IMG/VR virus record: IMGVR_UViG_3300006217_000002
Length of the DNA stretch: 64,000 nucleotides
Strand: one strand, 5' to 3'
Source: a virus
Taxonomy: Duplodnaviria; Heunggongvirae; Uroviricota; Caudoviricetes
Shown: one piece after another, positions 9,406 through 19,512 of the stretch
How positions within the stretch are numbered: position 1 is the stretch's first letter
Layout: the number at the start of each line of letters is the position of its first letter
Notes under the pieces: model-generated
Told to the model about the DNA's origin: nothing
Databases searched by the model: none
The model's input: the letters and a program-made list of their open reading frames with translations, nothing else
Translations under genes and position numbers: made by a program

Positions 9406-10545
9406 ATGAGAATATTGTTATTAGCTGATATACACATTGGCAGTATAAAAGATATGACATATACATACAATGTCGTTACTGATATTATTGAAAAAGAGAT
9501 AATGTTTACAAAGACTGATATGGTTGTTATATTAGGAGATTATTTCGATAAATTATTTAAAGTTAATGAAGAACACGTATCAACTGCTATAAATATAATG
9601 TCATTCTTAGTTAGAGCATGTGAACGTTCTAAAACTAAAATACGAATTATATATGGAACTGAATCACATGAAATGAATCAATATAAATTATTTAACTATC
9701 ACTTTACATCTACATCAGTTGATATAAAACTATTCACAACTGCATCAGACGAAGAGATTGATGGTAAAAAGATATTATACTTACCAGAAGAATATGTGTC
9801 TAGTAAAGATAAGTTTTACAAAAAATATTTATATTCAGGAAAACACTATGACTATATATTCGGACATGGAATAATAGAGGAAGGAGTTCCGCTAGGAATT
9901 AAATTAAATAAAACAGCTTCTCAAAATGTAGAGAAACAAGTTCCAAGATTTAAATCTGGGGAACTTCATAAGTCAGGTGATATAGTTGTATTTGGTCACT
10001 ATCATTGTTTTAATGATATTGGAGATAATGTGTATTATCTTGGATCGTTATTTAGGAATTCATTTGGGGAAGAAATTCCTAAAGGATATGGTATAATAGA
10101 AAATGATCAATTTCAGTTTATTGAAAATACTCAAGCTTATATTTATAAAGAATATGAGTTTGATAAAAATTCTGATATATACAAAAACGCTAGTAATATT
10201 TTATCTGCCATAGATAAGATTAAGAAAGATAATAAAGAGATTTTCTCCGGTGAGAAAGTAGGAAAAGTAAAAATAAAATTCTCAATACCAAAAGATGCAG
10301 ATGCATCATTCAGAGATAATTTAAATTCAATTATCTTAAATGATAAACTGTTTACATTATCATTTCAGGAATGTGAAGAGGATATAATAGATGAAGATAC
10401 GACAGATGATAGTGATGAATTTGATTTCGTATTAGAGTCTATGGATATAGGAGATAAAATATTTTCGTTTATAAATAAGACTCACGATATAGATTTATCT
10501 CTTCAAAAAATAAATATGTATATATCAGAACCATTAAAGATATAA
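9406..10545 (+). CDS. sbcD: SbcD/Mre11-like metallophosphoesterase nuclease
   Basis: ADIHIG, LGDYFD, GTESHE, FGHG, FGHYH, YYLGSL motifs. Confidence 0.85.
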   Translation: MRILLLADIHIGSIKDMTYTYNVVTDIIEKEIMFTKTDMVVILGDYFDKLFKVNEEHVSTAINIMSFLVRACERSKTKIRIIYGTESHEMNQYKLFNYHFTSTSVDIKLFTTASDEEIDGKKILYLPEEYVSSKDKFYKKYLYSGKHYDYIFGHGIIEEGVPLGIKLNKTASQNVEKQVPRFKSGELHKSGDIVVFGHYHCFNDIGDNVYYLGSLFRNSFGEEIPKGYGIIENDQFQFIENTQAYIYKEYEFDKNSDIYKNASNILSAIDKIKKDNKEIFSGEKVGKVKIKFSIPKDADASFRDNLNSIILNDKLFTLSFQECEEDIIDEDTTDDSDEFDFVLESMDIGDKIFSFINKTHDIDLSLQKINMYISEPLKI

Positions 10546-10577
10546 TAATGAGGGAGCAATCACGCTCCCTCATTATT
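10544..10577. terminator. Bidirectional hairpin terminator
   Basis: 14-bp stem AATAATGAGGGAGC/GCTCCCTCATTATT between convergent genes. Confidence 0.8.
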
Positions 10578-10579
10578 TT

Positions 10580-11173
10580 TTATTGATATAAGTCTTTAAT
10601 TCTTTCCAACGTTGTATCACCTTCATACGTTGTCATCATTCCATAATAATATTCAGGAATGGTACAATCCTCATTTATTTGAACAGTATTATTTTTGTTC
10701 CACTGATCAATGATATGATCCCATACATAATCCTCATGGAAAAACTCTAATAGCTGTGAAAACTCTTCTCTTGATGGTCTTCCTGAATGTTGAGAGTGTT
10801 TATAATATAATGGATATGTCAAACATATGCATCCCTCAGTTATAGATCCATCATCTTCAGTTTTCTTAAAATGTAAATGAGGTATAGAATCATCATTGGA
10901 ACATAGAAAAAGTTTCATGTTAAGAGAAGTATCTTCAATCTCTATCTCGTTACTATCTGAATCAGCTGACTCTTCAAATATAGTATTTCCGTTTTCATCA
11001 ATAAGTTCTAATTCAGATCCATATCGGATAGTTTTACGATTTGATTCCGGTATATACACTGTGTATGATGGATCAAAATCTTCACCTGTACTTTCTTTGA
11101 TATAACCAATAGATCCTTCCAATGATGTATGAGTTATTCTAACCTTATCTCCTATATTAAATTTATTTTTCAT
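10580..11173 (-). CDS. Hypothetical protein, N-terminal KOW/SH3-like domain and C-terminal PHxH domain
   Basis: FNIGDKVRI...G.IG.I at the N-terminus; IPHLHF motif. Confidence 0.55.
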   Translation of the reverse strand: MKNKFNIGDKVRITHTSLEGSIGYIKESTGEDFDPSYTVYIPESNRKTIRYGSELELIDENGNTIFEESADSDSNEIEIEDTSLNMKLFLCSNDDSIPHLHFKKTEDDGSITEGCICLTYPLYYKHSQHSGRPSREEFSQLLEFFHEDYVWDHIIDQWNKNNTVQINEDCTIPEYYYGMMTTYEGDTTLERIKDLYQ

Positions 11174-11176
11174 TTG

Positions 11177-11401
11177 TTATTCTCCTCCATCAGATATAAG
11201 ACAATATAAAAGGAAACACCAGAAGAATATAAACCATCCACTTATTCGATTCAATATAATTAATGATAAAATAATGGACACCGTTAATGAACGAATAAGC
11301 CGGTTATATCTTCTAAATGAGAGAATAAGCAATAAGAAAATTAACCAATATTCTGATATAGTGCTTAATAAAGCTGATAAAGATTCATATAATAATTCCA
11401 T
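11177..11401 (-). CDS. Small membrane protein
   Basis: 74 aa with 2-3 hydrophobic segments; AAAGGAG RBS. Confidence 0.6.
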   Translation of the reverse strand: MELLYESLSALLSTISEYWLIFLLLILSFRRYNRLIRSLTVSIILSLIILNRISGWFIFFWCFLLYCLISDGGE

Positions 11402-11422
11402 TATTAATTACTCCTTTCGATT

Positions 11423-12043
11423 TTAAAATGGATCTATGGATGGTGTAGGAATATTTACATTCTCATCATATCCCTGTTTAACGTTACCATTAGTTGTTTT
11501 ATCTAATCCCATTTTCATAGTTATCGACGGTTTCTTTCCATTGTAGTTTTGGTCATATCCTCTTTGTATGTAATCGTTATAAGTTATGATAGCCCACTTA
11601 GCATCTACTGCAGAAGACATTATCATACTTAATATTGATAACATTCCTTGTTTTTCTCCCATGAACTTAAATGGAGTATGAGCTCCAGAATATGAAGTTC
11701 CTGCAGAAATAAGTTCTTGTAATCTCGTCAATTCATTCCAAGGGCTTCCAACACTGTTATTGAAACCTTTAGAACTTGTGAACATACCTCCCTCTAATGA
11801 TGACATTTTTCCGCAATCAGAAGACAAAGATGACATAGCAGATGATACTCCGCTCATCGGATCTCCACCAACAGGATGTTCCTCTTCTAAAGGATAACAT
11901 ACTCCAGTACCTATTCCTGCATGTTGTTCCTTAGATTGTATCCTATAACATGGAGCTTCTGCAAATGATATGATTGCTTGAGATACTGCAGATATAACTC
12001 CATCTAGACCAGATGTAATTCTTTCTACATCTCCTCCCATCAT
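11423..12043 (-). CDS. Hypothetical protein, possibly virion-associated
   Basis: 206-aa Gly/Ser-rich ORF with RBS. Confidence 0.6.
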   Translation of the reverse strand: MMGGDVERITSGLDGVISAVSQAIISFAEAPCYRIQSKEQHAGIGTGVCYPLEEEHPVGGDPMSGVSSAMSSLSSDCGKMSSLEGGMFTSSKGFNNSVGSPWNELTRLQELISAGTSYSGAHTPFKFMGEKQGMLSILSMIMSSAVDAKWAIITYNDYIQRGYDQNYNGKKPSITMKMGLDKTTNGNVKQGYDENVNIPTPSIDPF

Positions 12044-12061
12044 AAAGCATCACTCTCCTTT

Positions 12062-12649
12062 CTAATATACTGGCCATTCAGTCATATATATGATTTCGAT
12101 CTTAGCATGAGGTTTAATGGAATAATATAATTCCTGCTTACTTGATACCACTAAACAATCATCTGCTAACATACCATGCTGTATGCAATCGGCTATACCT
12201 TTAGCATAATTATCGAAATCTCCAGTTCTTTTCCATGGCCTGATGAGTCCTAGTTCAGCTAGTACTTTATTTTTTATATTAAATGAAGATGGAGTTTTTT
12301 CATAGATAGTCATATTTAACTCGCAAGGAGTATCAATAAATGGAAGATTATTTTCCTTTGCAAATTCCTCAAACCAATCTCCGTTTTCTTTCGCATGCGG
12401 TACATACATATGTACATACCCTCTTGATGTATTAGCTCTAGGTCTTGCTGATGGTTTTACTATCTTCCACATTGTGAATTCAATTTTCTTTTTCTTGATA
12501 CGTTTAATCTTCTTAGCTTCAAGAGCTATAGCTTTATTAAACTTTTCATTGTTTGATTTCTTTCCCAATATATAAGCAATTCGGTCTAATTGATTATCAG
12601 GTATCATTCCGAATTGCTGTTCATATAAAATATCTTCTCGTCTAGCCAT
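12062..12649 (-). CDS. rusA: RusA-like Holliday junction resolvase
   Basis: KPSARPR, GDFDNYAKGIADCI, LADDCLVV, PHAKIEI match the RusA D-x-DN-x-x-K...DD signature. Confidence 0.8.
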   Translation of the reverse strand: MARREDILYEQQFGMIPDNQLDRIAYILGKKSNNEKFNKAIALEAKKIKRIKKKKIEFTMWKIVKPSARPRANTSRGYVHMYVPHAKENGDWFEEFAKENNLPFIDTPCELNMTIYEKTPSSFNIKNKVLAELGLIRPWKRTGDFDNYAKGIADCIQHGMLADDCLVVSSKQELYYSIKPHAKIEIIYMTEWPVY

Positions 12650-12771
12650 ATATTCATGACACCTCCAATTTATATTTTAGATTTGCTGTTCAGAACTTCT
12701 ATATATTAAAAGTAAATTGTTGGTACATATAATTGTAATCCATATAATTTAAGAAAGGAAGGTAATGTAAA

Positions 12772-14733
12772 ATGGGTTTCATGGAATACTCAAACAAAAA
12801 CCAGGTAAATATCATCCCTCAGCAGGAGTTCGAAGAATTGTCTAGAGAAGTATTTGGAGTTATCTCTAGTAATCTTAGGAGATCTCTTGGACCTCTTGGT
12901 TCATCTGCTACTATTTTGGATGGAACGTTAACAGAGGCAACAAAGGATGGATATCATATTCTAATGAAATATCGTTTCTTTAATCGATATAAGAAGATGA
13001 TATATAACTTAATTAAAGCTCCTTGTACTCGTATGAATAATACTGTAGGAGATGGTACTACAACTGGTATCGTATTAACTTCTGCTATGTTTGACAGATA
13101 TCAAGATGCTAAAGGAAAACTCGTATCTATGTATCGTCTACCTAGGCAGTTCACAAAAGCGTGGGATGAAGTAATTGAGGATATTTGTAGAAGGGTATCA
13201 GAAAAATCTAAGCCTGTCGATCCTACTGATTATGATACTATCTATAATATTGCATATGTAACATCGAATGGAAATAAGGAGATCAGTGAGGCTTTTGCCA
13301 AGACATATAATGAAGCTAAATCTCCAGCAATTAAGATGAAGGATTCTCCGACCAATAAATCTTATATCAAAGAGATTGATGGTTTTGAATTTCCTGCTAA
13401 TGCTATTGATGTAGTATATGTAAGAAATCAGGATCTTACAGCTGAAGAAACCGATGTAGCAATCATGATCTTTGATCATAAAATTGGAACAGACTTCTTC
13501 AATAAAGTTCTTGTTCCGATTAACGAAGTACTTCGTGCAATGGGTAAGAAGCTCATTGTAATAGCTCCATCTTATGATGAATACATGTGTGATACTGTAC
13601 TTAGGCAGTATGTGAATTTAGAATGTAACAAGTATGGAGTTATCAATTTGATTCTTACACAGTATCGTTTAGGAGATCTTACTCCTCATCAATGTGAAGA
13701 TTTAGCAGTAGTATTGAGATGTAAAACTATCAATGAACAACTTGCTGATGGATTAGTTACTAGATTTAGTGAGAAGAACAGTGATCAGATAGTAGAAGAT
13801 ATAATTGAAAACAATGAATATGATCTATACAGAGTCATTGGTTCTGCTGCTAAAGTGTTTACATCTTGTAAGAATGGATGTATCTTTAATGTAACTGATA
13901 TTGAAGAGGATAAGGAATATCAGGAAGCTGTTACCAGAGCTAAAGCTGAACTCGATGCAGTTATAAGTAAAACTGATTTCGAAAAGCAGAGTATGGCTTC
14001 TAAGGTATACGAAGCAAGATCACGATTGATGCAACTGGAAATGAAAAACTACATCTATTATGTAGGAGCTGATAGCGAGCTTCAGAAACAGATTATTTGG
14101 GATTCAATCGATGATGTTATCAAATGCCTGAGATCAGCTATCAAGTACGGTGTAGTTCCAGGATGTCAGTTATCTATTGCGACTTCATGTGAGGAAGCAA
14201 TTACTGATATCATGGAGGAGATCAAGAAATGTCAGGATATTGAAAAGGAAATTAGTTATCAATATCCTCTTAAGATTGAAATTATTGGTATTATTTATAA
14301 TGCCGTGATTGATGTATATTCAATTCTTCTTCATGGAGCTGAAGGTCTTGGTATGGTTAAACTTATCGACGGATGGAATAAAAACAGTGATGAGTATAAT
14401 AAATTAGATGAGGCAGAAGATGCTGAAAGGGACGAAGATAAGAAGAAAGAACTACACGAGAAAAAGAAGAAAGTTCAGGATGAATATATCGATAATATTA
14501 AAGAAAAAGCTAGAGTAAAGGCTGGAGAGATCATTGCTGAATCCATTAAGGAGAATAAAGTATTTGATCTTGAAAACCTTGAATACAGTGATAAGATTAT
14601 CACATCAGCAGAAACTGATATAATGGTACTCAAGGTAGCCTCTGAACTGGTTAAGATTCTTATTAGTGGAAATCAATGTATCTTCCTTGACTCAGATGTT
14701 ACAGAATCTCATCAGGAAACTATGGAAATCTAA
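12772..14733 (+). CDS. groEL: Phage GroEL-like chaperonin
   Basis: SLGPLG, TKDGY, VGDGTTT and GVVPG nucleotide-binding motifs; 653 aa. Confidence 0.88.
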   Translation: MGFMEYSNKNQVNIIPQQEFEELSREVFGVISSNLRRSLGPLGSSATILDGTLTEATKDGYHILMKYRFFNRYKKMIYNLIKAPCTRMNNTVGDGTTTGIVLTSAMFDRYQDAKGKLVSMYRLPRQFTKAWDEVIEDICRRVSEKSKPVDPTDYDTIYNIAYVTSNGNKEISEAFAKTYNEAKSPAIKMKDSPTNKSYIKEIDGFEFPANAIDVVYVRNQDLTAEETDVAIMIFDHKIGTDFFNKVLVPINEVLRAMGKKLIVIAPSYDEYMCDTVLRQYVNLECNKYGVINLILTQYRLGDLTPHQCEDLAVVLRCKTINEQLADGLVTRFSEKNSDQIVEDIIENNEYDLYRVIGSAAKVFTSCKNGCIFNVTDIEEDKEYQEAVTRAKAELDAVISKTDFEKQSMASKVYEARSRLMQLEMKNYIYYVGADSELQKQIIWDSIDDVIKCLRSAIKYGVVPGCQLSIATSCEEAITDIMEEIKKCQDIEKEISYQYPLKIEIIGIIYNAVIDVYSILLHGAEGLGMVKLIDGWNKNSDEYNKLDEAEDAERDEDKKKELHEKKKKVQDEYIDNIKEKARVKAGEIIAESIKENKVFDLENLEYSDKIITSAETDIMVLKVASELVKILISGNQCIFLDSDVTESHQETMEI

Positions 14734-14751
14734 GTGTAACAATATAAACCA

Positions 14752-14789
14752 ATATAGGAATGGGAGGGTGATTCCTCCCATTCCTATAT
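14752..14789. terminator. Bidirectional hairpin terminator closing the radical SAM operon
   Basis: 16-bp stem ATATAGGAATGGGAGG/CCTCCCATTCCTATAT. Confidence 0.8.
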
Positions 14790-14790
14790 G

Positions 14791-15336
14791 TTATTCAGCT
14801 TTTACATACACAGTCATACTCATATCTTCATAATTGGAAGATACTAACTTAAGATCTACTCTGATAATTTCATCACCAGGTCTGAAGAATACATTTGGTC
14901 TGGAATCCATGGTTATCTTAAGAATACAATATTCCTTGTCATAAAAAACATTTACATTTGGAATACTTACAAATCTTCCAAATACATTTTCTGTTCTGAC
15001 AAGTTCGAAGTCAATATCTTTCGGATATTCCTCATTAATAGGCATAGTTTCATTATTTAGTATTTCAGTGATGAGACATCCTATGTTAAGTTTACCTGTA
15101 GATGTGAATTTATCTCCATTAACTGTGATGATCTTATTAGGTAATGATTTAGCTCCCAATTTGTTATTAGAGTCATCTTCGATAATCATTTCTTCGTGTT
15201 TTTCATTAGATACCTCTTCTTCACCATTAAGCTTTCTCTGAACTGCTTCTACCATATCATCAGGAACGTCTTCCAGTGTTAACGCTTCCTTTTGAATTAA
15301 TCTTACGTAATAATTCAATAATGCTTTGTTTGTCAT
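14791..15336 (-). CDS. Protein with N-terminal CD1375-like phage tail-associated domain
   Basis: YYVRLIQKEALTLEDVPDDMVEAVQRKL resembles small CD1375/XkdX-type modules found near tail fibre genes. Confidence 0.5.
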   Translation of the reverse strand: MTNKALLNYYVRLIQKEALTLEDVPDDMVEAVQRKLNGEEEVSNEKHEEMIIEDDSNNKLGAKSLPNKIITVNGDKFTSTGKLNIGCLITEILNNETMPINEEYPKDIDFELVRTENVFGRFVSIPNVNVFYDKEYCILKITMDSRPNVFFRPGDEIIRVDLKLVSSNYEDMSMTVYVKAE

Positions 15337-15351
15337 TATGAATATCCTCCT

Positions 15352-16479
15352 TTACTTGCCGTTATATGTTAGATCATATTCTTGATCAATAAGTTGAGTT
15401 CCAATCCTTATTTTCTGAACCTTCTTTGTTCCATCTGGAACTTTAACTTTATTAACCTGGTGAATGAAACGTTGTTTTTCAAAATCAAATCTGGAAGAAA
15501 TCTCTTCCATATTAGCTCCTGCTCTTGATATAGCATTATGAATACCATTACCTCCAAAAGCAATGATAACATTATTTTTAGCTATTTCAAAATTCCTATC
15601 AATAATCCCAACGTTACAACTTGTATGGAATTGATGATATTCTGGAGTTCTTAAATAATATGGCTCTTCTTCAAATGCAATAACATCATCTATATTTAAA
15701 GATAATGATTCCGGTTTAGCTATTACGTACTCAGAATGATGATCTAAAAAGTCTTTTAAAAGCTTCCTGTAATAAATAGATTTCCCATAATAATTTTTGC
15801 ATTTGAAATTTACAGAAGAACATATTCCGTCAGGTTTTAAAAGTGAAGAAGCTATATCAAGATCATTTATGAATATTTTCCATCCGTGTTCATTATCATC
15901 ATTGAATAATGCTACAATATCGATATTAACAAACATTTTATGTTCATGAAACTTTTCTATAGCCTTCTTCATCATTTCTATATTACCAGGTATTCTCTGT
16001 TGTTCTTTATTTGAAATTTCATCGAATGATTGAACTCCAAAACTTACAGTTTTAATATTCAAATCATTAATGATAAAATCAATCATTTCATCACTAATGT
16101 CGAATGGATGAACTTCAAATGTCTTAAGTTTTATCTCATCATAGATAGGAATATTGTTAATGAGTTCAATTAATTTCTTTTTATTCCATAAAGTAGGTGT
16201 TCCTCCACCGAAATAAATATTATTTACTCTATCAGGAAAGGCATCTTTCATATCCTTTACTAAATTAACAACTGCTTCTTCATATAAACTTATTTGATTA
16301 ATATATTGATGTAGTGTATAGGAACCAAAAACACAAAACTTACAAATAGATCTACAAAAGGGAAAGTCCACATATATCTCGATTCGAGTATCATCATTTA
16401 TTGGATTATTTTTAAAATAATTTTTCCAATAGTTTACGAACTCTTCGTTATTATGAAGATAATAAGGATAAATCATCAA
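15352..16479 (-). CDS. HemN-like radical SAM enzyme
   Basis: IYVDFPFCRSICKFC (CxxxCxxC), IYFGGGTPT, TFEVHP, VSFGVQSF. Confidence 0.85.
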   Translation of the reverse strand: MMIYPYYLHNNEEFVNYWKNYFKNNPINDDTRIEIYVDFPFCRSICKFCVFGSYTLHQYINQISLYEEAVVNLVKDMKDAFPDRVNNIYFGGGTPTLWNKKKLIELINNIPIYDEIKLKTFEVHPFDISDEMIDFIINDLNIKTVSFGVQSFDEISNKEQQRIPGNIEMMKKAIEKFHEHKMFVNIDIVALFNDDNEHGWKIFINDLDIASSLLKPDGICSSVNFKCKNYYGKSIYYRKLLKDFLDHHSEYVIAKPESLSLNIDDVIAFEEEPYYLRTPEYHQFHTSCNVGIIDRNFEIAKNNVIIAFGGNGIHNAISRAGANMEEISSRFDFEKQRFIHQVNKVKVPDGTKKVQKIRIGTQLIDQEYDLTYNGK

Positions 16480-17294
16480 GAACCACCTCCTTTTATCAAT
16501 TCAGCAAGATGCTTAGGATATGAACAATATGGTTGTAATTTACAAGGTCTACATGTCTTTACTCTGTCACATGTATAACATTCTACAGGTGTAGTTCCAG
16601 GTAAATTGTGTGGACATCTATTAACTAAATTTCCATCAGGATATAATGTATATACATTATCACAATCATATTGCCAACTACAAATTCTATCTCCTATTTC
16701 AAATTTAGTATCTAGATCCCATAATTTATAAACTTCACATAACCATAGATCTGCTTTCTCAAAATATTCTTTTGTTACTTCTCCTACGTAATGCTCAAAC
16801 TTTATCTCCAATAAGCATTCATTGTCAAACAATTTAGCTATCTTGATAAACTCCTGAGGAGTAATTTCAAATAGGTCATCTGTTAACGTAATCATCACTG
16901 TATAATTTATTTTAGATTTTGATAATCTATAGCAATTAGCTAACCATTTGTCGAACATAGATTCAGATTTAAATCTATGGGGATTCCATGATGTTGATAC
17001 ATGATGTAGAGTTTTATAAAACTCAATAAGTTCAGAATCTAAAATAATCAGGTTTGTAGAAATAGATGAGATTTTAGAAACCCCATCCACTTTATTTGTT
17101 TCTACAACGTCATTCATTCGTTCACGATTTGAAGTGATCTCTCCTCCAAATAGAATAATTTCTCCATTGAAATTATTCAATTGACTTATGAACTTATCAC
17201 GATTAAATTCCTCAGGAGTATCGACGATAAAACAATGATCACAGTTAAGATTACATTTCATTGTAGGAATTGCATATAAAACTTTATCATCCAT
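16476..17294 (-). CDS. Radical SAM enzyme with Cys-rich C-terminus (SPASM/twitch-like)
   Basis: CNLNCDHC, FGGE, YDC..LYPDGN...CP, CYTC.....CRPC.....C. Confidence 0.85.
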   Translation of the reverse strand: MDDKVLYAIPTMKCNLNCDHCFIVDTPEEFNRDKFISQLNNFNGEIILFGGEITSNRERMNDVVETNKVDGVSKISSISTNLIILDSELIEFYKTLHHVSTSWNPHRFKSESMFDKWLANCYRLSKSKINYTVMITLTDDLFEITPQEFIKIAKLFDNECLLEIKFEHYVGEVTKEYFEKADLWLCEVYKLWDLDTKFEIGDRICSWQYDCDNVYTLYPDGNLVNRCPHNLPGTTPVECYTCDRVKTCRPCKLQPYCSYPKHLAELIKGGGS

Positions 17295-17310
17295 TATGTT
17301 TCATCCTTTC

Positions 17311-18264
17311 TCATATCCACCCATACTTTTTGAATTTATCTTTCATCTTTAACATCTCTTCGCAATGTTCAGGAGGATATTCAATTTTCTGTGATCTACA
17401 GCCATTACAAATTGGAAACAGTTCACAAAAAATACAATTAGAATTTACATGTTCTGACACATGGGGATATTTTGACTCAGGTTCTGCATTATCATTTTCA
17501 AGATCTAACAGATGTTCTTTATCGACGATATCACAGCAGTCATAGTAATGAAGAACATCATTAGCATCAACATAACATGTTCTGATCATTGCATGACATA
17601 ACATATCTTTGTTAATAGGACATTTATTCATTTCATGGAATTTACAATAGACCTCATAATCTCCTAAACCGGCTTCAATGATTTCAAAATATTTAGCAAA
17701 TAATTTGTATCTAGGATATGTTGTCTGTTGTCTTCCTTGTTTCGTTGCATTGTTTATACGTACATATGTTCCTAATCGTTTAGCAAGTTCTGCTAATTGA
17801 ATAGCTGTATCTTCATTATCTTCATCTAGAACGGCAATGAATGGAAGATCCTTTCCATTAGTATATTTTTTATACAATTCATATATTTCAATAAACTTCT
17901 CTTCAGTAAATACTGTGTTAGGATCCCATCTTCTTGTCTCTCCATAGTTGAAAGATGTTGTAATTCCTATCCAAGGTTCGTTGAATAATGGAGCCCATTT
18001 TTCTGGATGGAAATAGAAATCCTTCAAATTAGTCGTAATTGCTATATGGCAACCTGCTAACTCGTGAAGTTCATAATAGTATGAAGGATCTACCATCAAC
18101 GGTTCTCCACCACTAATGATTATTCCATTTGGTTTAATTGTTTCTATTACCTTTTTGATCTGCTCAGGTACACCATTTTTAGGATGAGATATTTCCATAT
18201 CTCCTGCTGAACAGAAGGTGCAATCAAAGTTGCACCTTCCGGTTACTCTTATAATCAATTCCAT
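17311..18264 (-). CDS. Radical SAM/SPASM-domain enzyme
   Basis: CNFDCTFC, SGGEPL, ITTN, C-terminal CIFCELFPICNGC...HC. Confidence 0.88.
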   Translation of the reverse strand: MELIIRVTGRCNFDCTFCSAGDMEISHPKNGVPEQIKKVIETIKPNGIIISGGEPLMVDPSYYYELHELAGCHIAITTNLKDFYFHPEKWAPLFNEPWIGITTSFNYGETRRWDPNTVFTEEKFIEIYELYKKYTNGKDLPFIAVLDEDNEDTAIQLAELAKRLGTYVRINNATKQGRQQTTYPRYKLFAKYFEIIEAGLGDYEVYCKFHEMNKCPINKDMLCHAMIRTCYVDANDVLHYYDCCDIVDKEHLLDLENDNAEPESKYPHVSEHVNSNCIFCELFPICNGCRSQKIEYPPEHCEEMLKMKDKFKKYGWI

Positions 18265-18267
18265 ATG

Positions 18268-19512
18268 TTACTTGACCTCCGATCCATTATTACCAATTAA
18301 GCTATCGATAACTTTCTGAATATCGTCTTCCAATTTTGAATTAGCTTCTTTTTCCAAGTTACTTTGAACTTCCAAGATCTTCTTTTCATTATTTTCTAAC
18401 ATATCAGGATCTACGAGTTTATCGAAATATCTAACTTTCATATGTCCAATATCGCTGAATAACTTATAGAAAGCAATATTATATTCCTTTTCTCTTGTGC
18501 GAACAAATGCTGAATTAGGATCTTCGTCTCTATAAAGTAGAATATAAGGCTCAAACATATTTACCATATATTCAGTAGATTTACATATAATATTCCGAAG
18601 AGATTCATCTCTATCAACCATTGCATCTACAATACGATTTCTTACAGTATCTTCATTCGATAAATACACTACTGCAGGGACAGAAGGAATCTTTAGAAGT
18701 TTTGCAATGAAAAGGATAACATTATCTTTGATATCAACTGCTGATAGTACTTCACCATTCATTCTTAAGAATATTGGATCTTTGATTCCATTCTTTAAAA
18801 TATCCTCATAAAGAATATTAAATTCCTCCGAGTTCATATCACCAAATACATGATCATTTTTATCCATATCCCAGTTATATACACTTGGATGAAGTGGTTG
18901 ATATCTATAATAGTTATACGGGATATCAACACATAAAACATGAATAGGATCCTGAAGAGACGGAATCAATAATCCTGATTCATAAACCTCTGTTCCGAAT
19001 GAAGTATAATGCATACTCTTAAATTGTTTGAAGTCATGTTGTTTTAGTACGATGGCTTTATCTACTGATAAAACACTATGAAGATCTACTCTATCACGAA
19101 TAATAGATGGTCTCCTATCAATATCAAATAGGTCCTCTCCATTATAAATTGTAACCATTGCATCTTCATTATGTTCAATTACATACTTAATATAGTATGG
19201 GTGTACTATATACTTCTCATGACCGCCGACATATTCAGACACGGAAAATGCATCGCGTATATTTGATAAATTAATTGAATCATCAAGATCTATAGAATCA
19301 AGATCATCAATTTCTGCTTTGTCTGATTCATAAAATAGAACATCTTTAATTTCCATTAGATTTCTAAACTCTTCCATTGTCAATCTAATGGTCTGTCTAG
19401 TTCTTACAGCAGAAGATGCGTATTCCATATCTATAACAGGATTCATTATAAGATTACTTGTAAGATTAGGAAACTTACAAACGTTTCTAATCTGGTCTTT
19501 GATATTATCCAT
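18268..19512 (-). CDS. Hypothetical protein of the radical SAM operon, with a degenerate ParB/Srx-like segment
   Basis: AAGGAGG RBS before ATG 19512; LYEDILKNGIKDPIFL...IAKLLKIPSVPAVV. Confidence 0.55.
   Translation of the reverse strand: MDNIKDQIRNVCKFPNLTSNLIMNPVIDMEYASSAVRTRQTIRLTMEEFRNLMEIKDVLFYESDKAEIDDLDSIDLDDSINLSNIRDAFSVSEYVGGHEKYIVHPYYIKYVIEHNEDAMVTIYNGEDLFDIDRRPSIIRDRVDLHSVLSVDKAIVLKQHDFKQFKSMHYTSFGTEVYESGLLIPSLQDPIHVLCVDIPYNYYRYQPLHPSVYNWDMDKNDHVFGDMNSEEFNILYEDILKNGIKDPIFLRMNGEVLSAVDIKDNVILFIAKLLKIPSVPAVVYLSNEDTVRNRIVDAMVDRDESLRNIICKSTEYMVNMFEPYILLYRDEDPNSAFVRTREKEYNIAFYKLFSDIGHMKVRYFDKLVDPDMLENNEKKILEVQSNLEKEANSKLEDDIQKVIDSLIGNNGSEVK

Noticed and set aside
11177-11401. Holin
   Set aside because: Hydrophobic, but no endolysin is adjacent and there is no diagnostic feature
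15352-18264. Radical SAM genes as a 7-deazaguanine (QueE) or anaerobic RNR activase (NrdG) module
   Set aside because: No queC, queD, folE, dpdA or nrdD nearby; the Cys-rich SPASM-like tails and adjacent Cys-repeat protein fit peptide modification better, though it is not formally excluded
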